A stretch of DNA of 64,000 nt from Gnetum montanum (lineage: Eukaryota > Plantae > Gnetophyta), in the NCBI GenBank assembly GCA_015680685.1, contig MNCI01002227.1, positions 439,223 to 503,222 of the forward strand. The letters run 5' to 3'. Shown one piece after another: positions 25,200 through 38,999 of the stretch. The notes beneath the pieces were generated by a model, which did not search any database, was not told the origin of the DNA, and saw nothing but the letters and a program-made list of their open reading frames with translations. Positions within the stretch are counted from its first letter, which is position 1; each line of letters starts with the position of its first letter. The position numbers were made by a program, and so were the translations under genes.

Positions 25200-27193
25200 T
25201 CTTAGGTGGTAATAGGTGGTGATGGCTCTTATAGCTCTTGTGATAGCTCCTCATGCCTTGGTGGTAATTAATGCTGTGGCTACTACTAACTTGAGCTTAA
25301 ATGCATCTAGCAATGCTCTTATTTTCTTCTTATTTGTCTTCGAATTGGTGATGGTGAAAGCGAATTTGCCTATATTAGTAGTTTTTGTAACATTCTAATG
25401 ATAATATAGAGTTGAAAAAATCTCATGAGCATTGACAAACCAAGTAGTAAAGTATTTTCGTTCAATGTCAAATGACTATACCATGTTTTGAATCTCCAAG
25501 TAGTTTCTCATCCTTTAAACTAAATTTTTAACTATGATTCTCTGATCTTTGAATTTAATTTTAAGAACCTCAAGCTCTATGCTAACTATTTCAGGCTTTT
25601 GATACATCTGTTTGTAAAGGTTGTACTCATTTCCATACAATAAGTATGAGCTAGGCACTTGTTATGGGCCTCTAACCAATGAGCACTACAAGATTAGTGT
25701 AACAAAGATTGACTAGCTTCATATATTCTATCATCTCCTTGATTGTTAAACTCCTTCATATGGATTTTTTTTGTTGTTTTATGCATTGATTTCATGAAAA
25801 ATGGATTGTCATGTATTACCTTAGAGTAGCTAGAGGGCTTCATTCATCTTTAATTTAGCTAAATTGAATATTTTTTTATTTATTTCTTTCTACATGTCCT
25901 CTTGTTCCTTAGAACAATTTTTAAAATTCTCATACTCTAGGAATTCATTCTTTTAGGTTGTGATCTTGATGATTAATTTTTGATGAATTGCGTATATCTC
26001 CTCTATAGAGATAGTTTGATTCTCAATTGTCACTCTTTGTACATTTGCATTAATATTTGTTAACTACTTCTATTGGTGCTTAAGATATTCTTCTAATTGT
26101 TCCTTTTATTTTCCTCTTTAAGAAAACTCATGTTCTCCTTGGTTATATCCTTATTTTCTTTGCACACTATGACAAGGTCCTTGTTTTCTTCATTTAACAT
26201 TACCTTTTTCAAGGATACATCCTAGGTGGCTTTCTTCTTCTCCATATTAGCATGATGTTATTTGGCCTTGAGTTGCTCAAATATGTCATCTCTTGTAAGG
26301 CTAGGTTGGTGGGGAGTAGGATTAGATAGGTAGGCTCTTAGCTATACAACTTTATTTATCAATTATTTATTAAGTGATGTATTCTCTTGAAGTTACATCT
26401 CTGTGATGATTAGCTTACCCCTTATCTCGATAAGTGTAGACTAGATTGATGTAATTCCTTTTGAAAAGTCAAAGACATCTAGAATTGATGTCTCAGTGCC
26501 CATCAATCTTTCTAACACTTCCTCGTGTTGTACTACATTCATCCCTCATGATATAGTTCCTATGGACATTTTGATATCTATCATTGTAATAAAGTCTAGT
26601 ACTAGTGCTACAAGAATCTTAAGAGTTTCTCTAGTTTTATCCAACATCATCTTTACATCTATCTCCTACCTTTATATGGCATGATCAATATTGTAGCTTT
26701 ATCCCCCTCTTCTAGCATCACAACAAAATCTACAACATTGACAAAAATCTCTAACATTAATTTTGATGAAAGGAATACTATAACTTCTCTTATGACATGA
26801 TTCACCTAGATAATGAGTTAAATTCTACATGTAGAGAAGAGGTTGGAAAGAGCATCATATTGCTAACTCAAAGTTCAAGTGACTTTATACACATGAATCA
26901 TTACAGGATGATAATCCATTGATCCTCCACAAGGTGCTTACTATGATGATCTAAATTCCTTTATTCTTGCTCTAGCACCTAGTTGTTCCTTATGTGGCAA
27001 ATGTGGCATTTTCTTATGAAGTCTTAGTGATGGTTTTTCCTTCATCATCTCTCACCACAAGGCTATTGTAGATTTGCAAAGTATGTTATTTGTATAGTGA
27101 TTGACTCCTTCCATTTTGTAGATTTTTTTATTAAGCATGAAAAGAGGAGTGTCTTCCTATCCTTCTTACTCTCTTTGAGATGTTTCTTAGTTT
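25200..27193 (-). pseudogene. Element C accessory ORF, 3' part
   Basis: KKHLKESKKDRKTLLFSCLIKK aligns to B EK*FKENKHGRKALPFPCLM; coiled-coil tail. Confidence 0.7.
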
Positions 27194-28706
27194 TGAAACA
27201 CCACCAAATCCAAACTATAGCATCTTGACTGCAAATTTGTCTAAGTGTCAGCACAAGGCTAGGTTTGCAATTTTTTCTAAGTGTTAGCTCTCCACTACCC
27301 TAGAGCATAGTCAACACGAAGGCTAGGTTTGCAATTTTTTCTAAGTGTTAACACAAAACTAGTTGCTACAAATTTTTCTAAGTGCGGGGACTATGCTCTC
27401 CATTGTCAAAAAGCGTAGTCAACCTCTTGTGGAAAGCATAGTTAGCACAAACCTAGTTTTTTGTAGTTTTCTATAAGTGTTGAGACCATGCTCTCCACTA
27501 CCTTGGAGCATAGTCAGCCTCCAGTGAAGAGTGTAGTTAGCAAAAAGGTAGCTTTTCAAGAAATTTGGCAAGTCCTAGACTATGCTCACCCCTAGTTGGA
27601 AGCATAGTCAACCTCCCATGGGGAGCATAGTTTGCTAAAAAGCCCAGATTCCACCAACATTGAGACTACACTCTTCCCTAACCTAGAGCATAGTAAGCAT
27701 GAAGCAATTTTTTTGCAAAATTTTTCTAAGTCCTAGGACTATGCTCCCCATTGCCCTAGAGCATAGTTAAGCCTTAGTGAAGAGTGTAGTCAACCAAAAT
27801 AGCCTCCGACGACCTCCAAAGCATAGCAACAACACAATAACACAATTAAATCACCCCCAAAAAGTGTAGTTAGTGGAATCTTTTTCTCTCTTGCATCCCC
27901 TCTTACTTGAAATTGTAACTATGCTCAACCCCACTAGCCTAGTAGAGAGCGTAGTTGGGTGAGAGCATAGTCCCAATCACCCCCTCTGCCACATGGTGAT
28001 CATGCTGCATTTCATGCTAACCCTAACCCTATAAATACCCTAGACCCTTAATCTTTTTAAGGTTGGAATTTTGGTAAATCAAGGATTGGAAATTTTTTGG
28101 ATTAGCAGTTGGTGAAGTTGCAGATGACCATAGCCCCATCACAACCTAGGAAAATACAACAGCCCATAGTACACCGTAGTGGCCAACTCGGTAGATGCAG
28201 ACACCTTGGAAAGCATCAATATTCATGGCTAGACACCTCCAAGACTATGACTATGCTCTCCACTATGCCTATTGTACCCCATGTACCTGCTAACCCCTTT
28301 TGGTGTTAACTATGCTTAACTACATTTGGGGTGGTGTTATGCTTCTCTCTCTCTTTGTATTTTTAGCATTTCATTTGCATTTTCACTATTTCATCGCATA
28401 GTTGTGCTTACAACTATGCTCGGGCGGTGGTCCCCACATGTTGATGTCATTGTTTTCACCAAAACACTTGACTACGCTTGACATTGTTAACATTGTTGAC
28501 ACCATTTGAACACTTAGCACCCTTTTGCATCAACATCATGGATAACCATGCTGCACCTCGGTTACATCCAGTAAGTCCATGTTTGATTGACAATACCATT
28601 CAAGGCACCCCATCTCTACCTCTAGTAGGCCCTTCCACAAATTCAGGGTTAGGCTATGTGCCCATCAACCTTGGTGTTCTAGTCGTCGAAGTTTTTAGTT
28701 GCCACA
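27194..28706 (+). repeat. Element D 5' LTR
   Basis: Direct repeat of 53590-55120; many ACTA(CG/TG/CA)CTC motifs; CTAACCCTAACCCTATAAATA at ~28017-28037. Confidence 0.95.
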
Positions 28707-28712
28707 GTTTTT

Positions 28713-28729
28713 TGATGCTAGAAGGAGGG
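28713..28729 (+). promoter_or_regulatory. Primer-binding site of D
   Basis: TGATGCTAGAAGGAGGG, 6 nt after the LTR; consensus with E is TGGCGCTAGAAGGAGGG. Confidence 0.8.
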
Positions 28730-29199
28730 TCGAACCACTTTTTTAGTCTTTGTTATGGCTGTCTTGTATGCTCTTTGCATCATAGTTGTCTATTAATCCA
28801 TTGATGTAGATTGGACCCCATAGTTAGTTCCCCCAAGACCCTGCATAGCAACCCAAATCACAATTCTCTCCATTGTTTTCCTAAATCATCATTTTGTTAG
28901 CATAGAGAGTGTATTTAGCTCTTAGCGTAGAGAGTGTATTTAGCTCTTAGTGTAGAGAGCATAGTCTATGGAGAAAGTAGTCAACTCTTAGCATAGAGAG
29001 CATAGTTTGTGGAGAGTGTAGTTAACATAGTTAGTGGTGTTAGCCAAAACAAGATCAATTTTAGTGTTGTCCATAGTACTTTGTAACTAGCAACCTGTAG
29101 CTCTCCCTTTCTCAACTCGATCTATAACCATGAATTTAAATTAGCCTTTGACGTCTGTGTCAAATGCACTTGGCACCTATACCATCCAATAAGAGGCCA

Positions 29200-31430
29200 A
29201 AATTGACAACCCTGGGAATCTTGTGATGGTAGGATTGAGCCAAACCCTTAGGCCACGTGGCCAATACCTAGAGTATGCCATACTTAGTAATGAATAATAC
29301 AACTTTATATGTGCAATGATCCAAGTAGGGTTACCCATGAATTTCCTTGACATGGAGGAAAAATAGGAATTTGAACTAATCAATTGGGATGGACAAAAGT
29401 ATATCCCTTCCTCATTTGACATCATCCAACTCACAAAGCCCCATCACTGGTTGCCATCCTTACTCATCCAAGCAAGTGGGTGTGATGTAGGGACTAAATA
29501 CAAGGAAGCCTTGTAGGAGGAAGTGGACGAGTTTGAAGCTTGCTCCAAACATGAGCCCCCATTTCCCATCATCTTCCAACAAGGATCACCCAAATTATAC
29601 CCTATTGCCACTAGAACCCTTAGAGCTACTAGATCAACTATTGAAAGCTGGGTATGTCCAATATAAGAAAATGTCTGAGGATGCTTGCAAAAGGCATGAT
29701 AGGTATTGAGAGCTACTAAGGAATCTTGCCTCAGTAGCACCAAATGAGCCCCTAATCCACAACACTTTAGGTTGGACCAATTCTATCATTACCACTGGTT
29801 TTCCAATCATAGCATAGACTTTTGTTGAGCTTTGCAATTTGATCTACAAAGGATGATAGATAAGTGCAAACTAGTGCTTGACATAGCAAACTTGGTTAGG
29901 CCCAAAAACCAATCCATGAGGGTATACAATAATGCTCTAAATGTGGATGGTACTAGCTACATCATAAACACCATCAGTGTGGGTGGCAAGTTATAATTGG
30001 TGCAATAGCCTTTTGTGGTTTGAGTGCCTTCTAGTAGTGCAAGGGTTCCCTCAGCCTCCAAAAGTTTGAGGCCCCCCTTCATTGTCAAAGTGCCACCTTG
30101 AGCACCCAAAACATCCTTTGTGATCAGGGTCCAACAACATATCATAACAAAAACTACTCAACCACCTTTTGTCGTTAGGGTATCACAATGTGCTAACCCC
30201 TCACCTACCCAAAGCCCGATAGTGGATGACACATTGGCACCTTCTCATCCAAAGGCCAACCTTGCCGGCAACATGGGTAGACCTACTAGATGGGAATGTA
30301 AGAGGCCCAACAAAAACCTTGCAAATGAAATTTCTAAGCAATAATGAGACCAAAGGGCACTTGATTTGCCAAAGCTAGTCTCTCTCTCTATAGTCCTTAT
30401 GGCCAAAGCAACTGAAAAGGTCACAACTAAGCACTAAGGGCCCTGCACAGGCTAAGCCAATAAAGCCTAAGTAAGCTTCATGAGAGATTCATATCTTAGG
30501 CTGCATAGAGGAAGTTAAGGCCAACAAAATGATAGAAAATAGCAAGGACTTTGTAGATGCATTAACCTAAGTTGAATAGGTGCTTAAGTAGAAAAATGCC
30601 ACGTTGAGCCTCTATGACCTAATTATGACCTCATTCACCCACCGTGAAGTGCTATGGTAGATGATGACCTCCATTTTTATCATGGAGAACATCCCAATAG
30701 ATGAGAATTCCATCCATGCAGTGATGTTGCCTTTTGCATCATAGGAATTGAGCTCCACATCCCTGACATTTCGTGATGAGGAAATTAAGGTTGACCCTGA
30801 AAAGGGTGAGGTCATAACAACCCCCATGTTTATCACCATATGTGTCGGGAAATGTAAGATTTGGAGGGTGCATGTTGATGATGGAACATCAACAAATGTT
30901 ATCCCATACACTGTCGTTGATAACTTAGGCCTTATGGACCAAATCAAGCCAACAAAAACCACATGCTTGAAGTCCTTTAATGGGTTGCATGTCATTGTTA
31001 AGGGTACTATCACAATAGCCTTTGTGGCGAGGGAGTAATTCCCCACCATTACTAAATTCATCACTATAGAGGAAATTCCTAGCTTTAACTTAATATTGGG
31101 TAGGCTGTGGTTGGCCCAATTATGGGTTTTCTCCTCTTTGATCCACCAAGAAATCCACCTTCCATACGAAGGTTGCGAGGTTATTATCCACAGTGATAAC
31201 ACAACCCCTCTGGCCATCAATAACATAGATATGGAGCAAGGGTTAGAGGTGGAATTTCCTAATGATGCATTTGTAGCAAAGGATGAGAATGAAACGTGTG
31301 AGGTAGACCCACCCAAAAGGACAAAATAAGCCAAAAACTTACTAGAGGACATCCTTTGGGTAGAATTTCCCTTCAACGTAGCAAGTGAGGGTCTAGGAGA
31401 CTACCGAATAGTTCATTGTAGGCCCTACAC
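29200..31430 (+). pseudogene. Gag-protease of element D (degenerate)
   Basis: YHYHWFSNHSIDFC*ALQFDLQRMID Gag C-terminal motif; ORFs 30748-31038 and 31096-31329 IWRVHVDDGTSTNVIP...FNLILGRLWL (Tat-type protease). Confidence 0.85.
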
Positions 31431-31769
31431 ACCTCCTAATCCACATTGGATTAGGAAGAAACTACGCGACTAAGCTACCCCCTTAGCCTAAAATGTGCTA
31501 AGTGCCTGCCTACCCTTTTCTTCAATGTGCTATGTATTTTTAAATTTAAATTACATTAAATTTGTTTATGTATTTACAGTTAGCCTGATTACTTAGATTA
31601 TGCATTATTTTGCTTTGTTTACGCATTTATTTTCTTTGATTACACATTCATCTAATTATTTTATGCACTCACTTTGTTAGTTCATACCTTTGCAGTAATT
31701 AAAAAAAAACATCAAAATGCATAAAAATCATAAAAGATAAAATTACAAAAAAGAGAGATAACAACAACT

Positions 31770-32945
31770 TGCTATGGCCTTAAATTGGCAACGTGTGGCT
31801 TGCCAAGGCCTTAAACTAGTAACACATGGCTTGCCATGGCCTTAAACTAGCAACATTGCGGCTTAGGATGGCCCTAAACTAGTAATCTCCTAGACCCTCA
31901 CTTGCTACAATGGCCTAAAACTGGCCTAAAACTATGCCCTACAATAATGTAGCAAGTGGCCTTGATTCTACAACCCAACGACAAGTTCTGACCTTAAACT
32001 GGCAATGCAAAGGCCCAAGATAAGCTTAAGTTATTGCTAGTGGTCCACTATGGCCTTAAATTAGCAACATGTGGCCTTGCCAAGGCCTTAAATTGGAAAC
32101 ACATGGCATGCTAAGGCCTTAAACTAATAACATGTGGCTCACCATTACCTTAAACTAGTAACATTATGATTTGAGATGGTCCTAAACTAGCAATCCATGG
32201 CCTGGAATGACCTTAAGCTACCATAATGGTCGAGAATAGACTAAAATTATCACCTATAATTCTACAACCCAATGGCTAGCTATGGCTGTAAATTGATAAT
32301 GCAAGGGCCCAGAATGACCTTAAGCTATTGCCAACGGACCGCTTCAGCCTTAAACTGGTAATGTAAGGGCCTATAATGGCCTTAAACTAACGTAATAGCC
32401 TAGAATGGCCTAAACCTACCGTTGTGACCTGAAATGGAAAAAAACTAGCATCAGTCCACTATCGCCTTGAACTAGCTTAGGGCCCATCAAGGCTTCGAAC
32501 TAACAATAGACTTATTGTGGCTTGTAATGGCCCAGACTCACATACTTATAGAAAATGTAATAGAATCATCATACGTCATACTTGAAGACATATTGCATTT
32601 AGCATGTAGCACTACACATCATTGAAGCAAGGTAGGCACTTGTTCGCTACAATGCTAAAACTGGCATAGTAGTCTACTATGATTATAAACTAGCATAGCA
32701 CATCCACTATGATGTCGAACTAGCACATATTGTCCGCTATGATGCTAAACTAGCACAACATTCGTCTACTATGATGCTAAGTTAGCATAACATTTGTCCT
32801 TTGGTCATGACATTAAACTAGCATAACACATCCACTAGGGTTATAAACTAGCATGGTATGATCTACGAGAACCTTAAACTGGGTTCACTATCTATTAGGA
32901 CCTTAAAGTTGCAAGGCCATGATCTACCAAGACCTTAAACTGAGG
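31770..32945 (+). repeat. Internal degenerate ~30-bp tandem array (GGCCTTAAACTAG, then ATGATGCTAAACTAGCA)
   Basis: Dozens of imperfect units; homologous arrays in E at 36770-37200, 40830-40920 and 46670-46870. Confidence 0.9.
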
Positions 32946-33374
32946 TTTGCGATTAGCCACTAATAATTTCTTCCATCCTCCTGAAAGCGAGTGAGTGAGC
33001 ATAAACCTTGCCCCCTTCCTACACCATGTGGGTGGGCATGATACAGTCCCAGAATCAAGCACTTGCAGTGGGTGCAACCTTTGGAGCACTTGTAGCATCT
33101 TTTCCTTGCATAATGTTACTACCCTTTTATGAGCATTTGTCACTAGTGTAGCCTTTGGAGCACTTTTAGCATCTTCACCCCCTACATTTTATTTGCATTT
33201 TGTGTTGTGTGGTTTTCCTATCTTCTCGGCATTGTGTTTGCAGGATGAAGCCTTAGGTCATCGTGCAAAGGTGCATCTCATCACAGCAGCAAGTTATCAT
33301 AGCACTCAGATGTGCATGATTGAACTAGTAGAGCCTCTCAAGAGTGCACACACCCTCTCTACCCCCTTATAGCC

Positions 33375-35066
33375 TGTAGTGACTGTAAATGTTGGAGGCT
33401 AGAATGGGACACCAAGAGGTTCGTAGTCGCACAGTCTTAACCCTGCTCCTATGCAACGGCTTACTGGAAAATGGAAGCGGGGTGCCTAGGACGATCTTGT
33501 TAATTGAACTAGGACTTATGAGTGTTATGATGAAATGTGTTTTAAGGTATTTATATGGTGCCTGTGGTGCTTGTGAGAGTGTGAGTAGTCAAATTTTTAA
33601 GTGTGAAACAAAGGTGCAAATGTGAAAATAGATGCATGAATAGTGAAAAAATGCAGGTAAAATGTTAAAAATGTGCAAGAAATGTGAAACATACATAGAA
33701 TGCAAACTAAAGGGAAGACAACACTGCAGTAAATGGGGGAGTATAGTCAACTGTAAAGAAGAGGTAAGGAGGTACATGGTGTACAAACAGGTACAGTAGG
33801 CAATGTAGTCATAATCTCAAGATTCTTGGTTATGAAGACTAACATCTATTATAAATTTTGAGCTTGCTGGGTTGGTTGCTGTGGTGTTCTCTAGGTTTCA
33901 ATGGTGTGCGATGTGCTGGGCGGCATCCAACAGTGTCCACTGAGGTCCTGAAGTTCACCAAGGTGCTGAGTGTGCTCGGGTGCAAGGGTGTTTTGCTGTT
34001 TGAGTGTTTGAAAATTCCAATTGGAATGTCAAAATGCCAATTATTGAATGAAATTGCCAATCCCTAAAATGTGAGGCATAGGGGTATTTATGGGGTTAGG
34101 GTTAGTGTGAATTATAAATTAGGCACCACATGGCAGAGGGGTAGTTGGGACTATGTTGATCCTAACTACGCTCCCCACCAAAGTAAAGTGGTGTTATGAT
34201 GGTATGCTCCAATGGACCCTGTGAGACTGCTAAAGTATGACTACACTATCGAGACTACATGTAGGAGTGCTGAATAGACTGCAAAGTGCCTACAAATAGT
34301 GCAAAACAATATAGTTTGGAGATTACACTCTGGGACTACACTGCCACTTTTTTTGAGTGGTGTCGAGCATAGGTACAATTTGGGGGCAAATGGGGGGTGT
34401 AAATAAAATGGAAATTGCTAATCTTTCTTGTCAAAGGAATGTTAGAGCTAAGATGCCAGCCAATGTTGAGTTCTAGAAGCTTCTATAGGTAGTTCTACAT
34501 GGCTACGCTAGCTACGCTTTGGAGCATAGCCTGAGGGGTTAGGGAAATTTGGCAAAAAAGATGAAGTTTAGTGCTAGCTATGTTGACTATGCTCTGGAGT
34601 GTAGTCTCGATAGGGAGAGCATAGCCCAAACACTTAGAAAAATCTTGCAAAATTGATGCCTGCATGTAGGCTACACTAGCTACACTCTGGAGTGTAGCAC
34701 TAGAAGTTAGAAAATCTACCAAACTATTTCATCCATTCCATACATGCTCAGTAGCCTCTACCCTGACACTTAGAAAAAATTTGCAAATTGGTTGTTCCAA
34801 GGTTGACTACGTTGGCTATGCTCTACAACATAGCACAAGGGGATGAGCATAGCCAGAACAGTTAGAAAAAATCTCTAGTTGTTGTTGACACTTACAGAAA
34901 TTTTTTTCAAATTTACACTATTAGTGTCAACTATGTTGACTATGCTCTAGAGCATAGTCCTAGCAATGGGAGCATAGTCTCAAAACCTTGACAAAATTTG
35001 CCATGTTTTGATACTTAGCCAAATTTTTAGTTGAGACTAGGGAGCTCCAAATTTGGTGGTGTTTCA
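33375..35066 (-). repeat. Element E 3' LTR
   Basis: Direct repeat of 51153-52829; TGAAACACC...CACTACA; PPT GAAAAAAGAAGGGCCAG adjacent. Confidence 0.95.
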
Positions 35067-36769
35067 CTGGCCCTTCTTTTTTCACATATGGAGGAGTGGC
35101 TCAAGAGACGTTGACAAAGAACGTAACACACCAAAGTAGGCCCAACACTGACATTACTCATTAGTACCTGACCAGATGTCTCTTCGCTATGCTCAAGAGT
35201 GCTAAGGAAAATGGTATATTTAAGGATAAAGAATGCAGGGGGCATATTAAGGAGATGGACTAGGGGATAGCAAAGGAGTGAAATGCAAAATATATATGTG
35301 GCTACAAGGTGCGGCACTAGGATGGCTTGTCACCAGATGATAACCCCTCATTAGAGTGCTTGTGAGGGAGTTAATGCCAATGGCACCCGTATGCCTTACC
35401 CTTGAAGTTGTGACCTCTCGTTGGGGTGCTATGAGAAGGTCAAGGTAGTTTTAGGTTTGGACCAATTGCAAAGCTACAACTTTGATAATTTTTGCTTAGG
35501 GACCTATTTTTTCTTGTTTCTTTTTCTTTACATTTTTTTATTTTTTTGTTGGCTATGAAGAAAACCTAGTTTGGGTTCTATACATCACGAGATGCTAGCT
35601 ATGGAATGCTTTCTATTAGGTGGATTGCATGCCACCTAATTAGCTTTTCCTTAATGCAACCATGTTAGATTAGTAGGATAGGTGTTTCCTCCTTGGGATG
35701 AGTTGCATTACATTTTCTTGGGCTTAACCAACCTACAGAAGCTCCCCCCATAGGATAAGTTGCATTACGTCTATTATGGGCTTTGTGGTTGACAGAAAGA
35801 AGGTGCCATGTGCATCGGAAAGGTTACAAACTTAATGACATGAAGGAAAGTAGGGAAATGCAAGGTATAAGTGGTAAATGTGAGCAAGTTAAAGCAGGAT
35901 AATAGGGATATGCACTCTTGGGTAGTTCAGCTAGCTCGATCATGCACATCAAAGCAATGTGGCATCTTGCCACTATGATGGGATGTGTCTCTGAATGACC
36001 GTATATGGGGCTTTTTCCTACAAACACAACCTATAGAAAACAAGCAAAAAAACCATACAACATGAGATGAGATTAAACTATTGGTTATAAGGATGTTGCA
36101 AATTCCATGAGTTCTGGATCAGTTGCAAGAGCTTGCAATGCTAATGTAGGAAAACTAGTGTAGGTGTTAGAGAAAGAGAGCTACAAAAGCTTCAATAGCC
36201 ACACTAAAAGCAAGCATCCCAGGGAGGCCAACAAAGTGTTTGAGGGTGATGGCAATGTAGGTGCTCAAGACTCCACACCAAGGATAAGAGCTTGAAAATC
36301 TAGTAAAATGGTATAAAGTAGGATGCTAAATGGGCTTCCAAGCCTAGGCAATGGTGAAGGCTAGAGGATGGTAGTAAGATGGCTGGGCCATAGTACTATT
36401 GGTACTCCAGCGGGTGGTGCTAACAATGAGAGCTCCAACCAATAATGAAATACCCAAGGCTAGTAATGTTGTCGGTGTAGCCTAGGGGTGATACTACTAG
36501 CGATGGTTGTAGGAGCTTCAAAAGGTTAGTAAAATGCCTGAAGGCATCTCTGAAGGATTAGCAAAATGACAAGGGCAGTAACACTGCAAATGTTCCAGAG
36601 GCCTCTCTTGATGACGTGAATTCCAATATGGAATTATAGTACCCCACCCTGCCCCAGCCATGAGGTGTGGGTAGATGATGGAGGACTGGAAGTATTTATG
36701 CTCGCTTGTCCATAGAACTATGCATGTTGAGCTATGCATGTCAAATTGAAAACCTAGTTTAAGGTCCTG

Positions 36770-37200
36770 GTAGACTATGTGCTATGCTAATTTAGGGTCC
36801 TAGTAGATCATGGGTGTTGTGCAAGTTTAACGTCATGATGCAAGGATGATCTGTGCCAATTTGGCATCATGGAAGATGTGCTATGCCAGTTTATAGTAAT
36901 AGCAAACTATGTTGTGGGTGCCAATTTTAGCTTCATGGCCAAAGGACTATCTATGCCAGTTTAGCATCATGGCAAATGTGCTGTTCTAGTTTATAGTTGT
37001 AGCTAACTATGTTGTGGGTGCTAGTTTTAGCATCATGGCCCAAGGATGATTTGTGCTAGTTTATAATCATAGTTGACTATGTTGTGGATGCTAGTTTTAG
37101 CATCATGGCCCAAGGATGATATGTGCTAGTTTATAGTCATAGCGGACTCTATTGTGGGTGATAGCTTTAATGTCATGGCCTAAGGACGATCTGTGCCAAT
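36770..37200 (-). repeat. 3' UTR tandem array of element E
   Basis: Repeated GCTAGTTTTAGCATCATGGCCCAAGGATGAT / GCTAGTTTATAGTCATAG units (~70-bp higher-order period). Confidence 0.9.
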
Positions 37201-37244
37201 TTATTTGCTTACCTTACTTTATCATTGATGCGGCATTTTGTATT

Positions 37245-38480
37245 AGGCATAGTATAACTTTAGATAAGAGTGGTTTATAGAATTGGCAAATTCATTGTCG
37301 TTGTGTTCAGTAGCTTGAATGCTCCATTGCCATATGCCTTGATGACCATGAAAGGCCCTTCCTAGTTGGCTAAGAATTTATCCACAGGTTTGCAAATGGC
37401 CTTGAGGACTAGGTCCCCTTCCTTGATTAGGCACTGATGTTGACTATGATGATGCTTTTACCTTTGTATTTGCTGGTACCACTCGATTTGACCAAGGATC
37501 TACATGCACTCCTCCTCTATCGAGTCAAGGTCAATGGTCCTAAAGTCATCATTTTGAGCCTCATTAATGTAGCTTAGAGGATTACTTGGAATGATGGGAC
37601 CTACAATTTAAGAGGCAAGATGGCTTTAGACCTATAAACCAAGCTGTATAATGTCTTACCTATTGTAGTTTTTTGCATTGTATGGTAGGCCCAGAGTGCA
37701 TAGATTAGTTTCTTGTGCCATCGCTATTTGCTGCTACTAAGCATCTTCTTTAGAAGATTGATGATGACTTTGTTTGTGGCCTCCACCTGATCATTTTCCT
37801 ATGGGTAGTCAGGTGACAAAAAGGAATGCTTAATTCCAAAGCATTCACAAAAGGCCTTAGTGTCAGCACTACTAAACTGTGGTCTGTTGTCAATGACTAT
37901 AGTCATGGGTAGACCACAATAGGACACTATGTTATCAAGTATGAATTTGCAAACTTGTTGTCATGTTGTTCTCCTAAGCGAAATAGCTTTAATCCACTTT
38001 GTAAAATACTTAGTAGTAGTTATAATGAAACTATACCCAGTAGAGGACATGGGTGTTATCAGTCCTATGATGTCCAACCCCCAACATTGGAACATCCACG
38101 TGATCTATGTTGTGTGTACCTTAGTAGGTGACATGTGCATGAGGTTACCATGCTGTTGACATGTATCACACATCTTGACCTTAGAGATGTAATCGTGCTT
38201 CATGTAAGGCCAATAGTAGCCTAAGCATCTAATTTTTTTCATCATTACTCTGGGTGCTATGTGGCCCTCGTAGAGTCCCTCATAGACTTGTTCCATGATC
38301 ATTTTCACTTCATTATTGCTAATGCATGTTAATAGTACACCATCATAGGATTGGCAGCACAAAGTGCTATCACCTATAATGATGTACTCTCGCAATTGCT
38401 TTTGCATTGTGTCTTTTTGAGCAATGGTTAAATGTTGCAAAGGTTCACCTTGTAGAAGGTATGACTTAATGTCATCATAC
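37245..38480 (-). pseudogene. Integrase of element E
   Basis: GHIAPRVMMKKIRCLGYYWP..CDTCQQH zinc finger, WGLDIIG, YFTKWIKA, DNRPQF, GPF motif. Confidence 0.93.
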
Positions 38481-38589
38481 CACTCTACTGCAAGGGTTGT
38501 GCTTATTGTAGTGATGGATGCAATGTTGGTTGCTTGTGTGATAGGTACAATGCAAACTACCACTATGATGGGCAATGTGCAAAACATTT

Positions 38590-38980
38590 CAGGTTCAATG
38601 GTTAAGGCTAATGTGGCTAATGCATCGGCAATGGAGTTTTTATTGCAGAGGATATGGTAGACATCAACAATTGCAAATTGTTTAAGTAGGTGCTTTTTCA
38701 ACTCATAATAAGGCTTCAAGTGTTGGGCTTTGCAAGCATAAACCTTTGTGACTTGGTTGACAACCAATTGAGAATCACCTTGGATTATTAAGTTTTGTAT
38801 TCCTACGTTGCGAGTTGCTAAGATTCCCTAGAGGAGACCTTCGTACTCCACTACGTTGTTAGTACATGAAAATGTGAAATGATATGCAAAGGGTTAGATA
38901 TCCCCACAGGGAAATGTGATTATGGAAGTAGCACTACCCCTTTGGGAGGTTGAAGCACCATTGAAGTGTAAAAGTGCCTC
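38590..38980 (-). pseudogene. Additional archaeal-type RNase H (aRH) of element E
   Basis: LHFNGAS, TNNVVEYEGLL, GDSQLVVNQV, NSIADALA; located between RH and INT as in Ogre/Retand. Confidence 0.9.
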
Positions 38981-38999
38981 AAGGTTATCAAGCACTTGT

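Noticed and set aside
28017-28030. CTAACCCTAACCCT as interstitial telomere
   Set aside because: Only two units, fixed just upstream of the TATA box in all four D/E LTRs; a promoter motif
30612-31376. 254-aa minus-strand ORF, the longest in the track
   Set aside because: Antisense shadow of element D's protease region
31770-32945. Regularly spaced ~30-bp repeats, CRISPR-like at a glance (also 36770-37200)
   Set aside because: Degenerate tandem units with related spacers inside a plant retrotransposon; no cas genes
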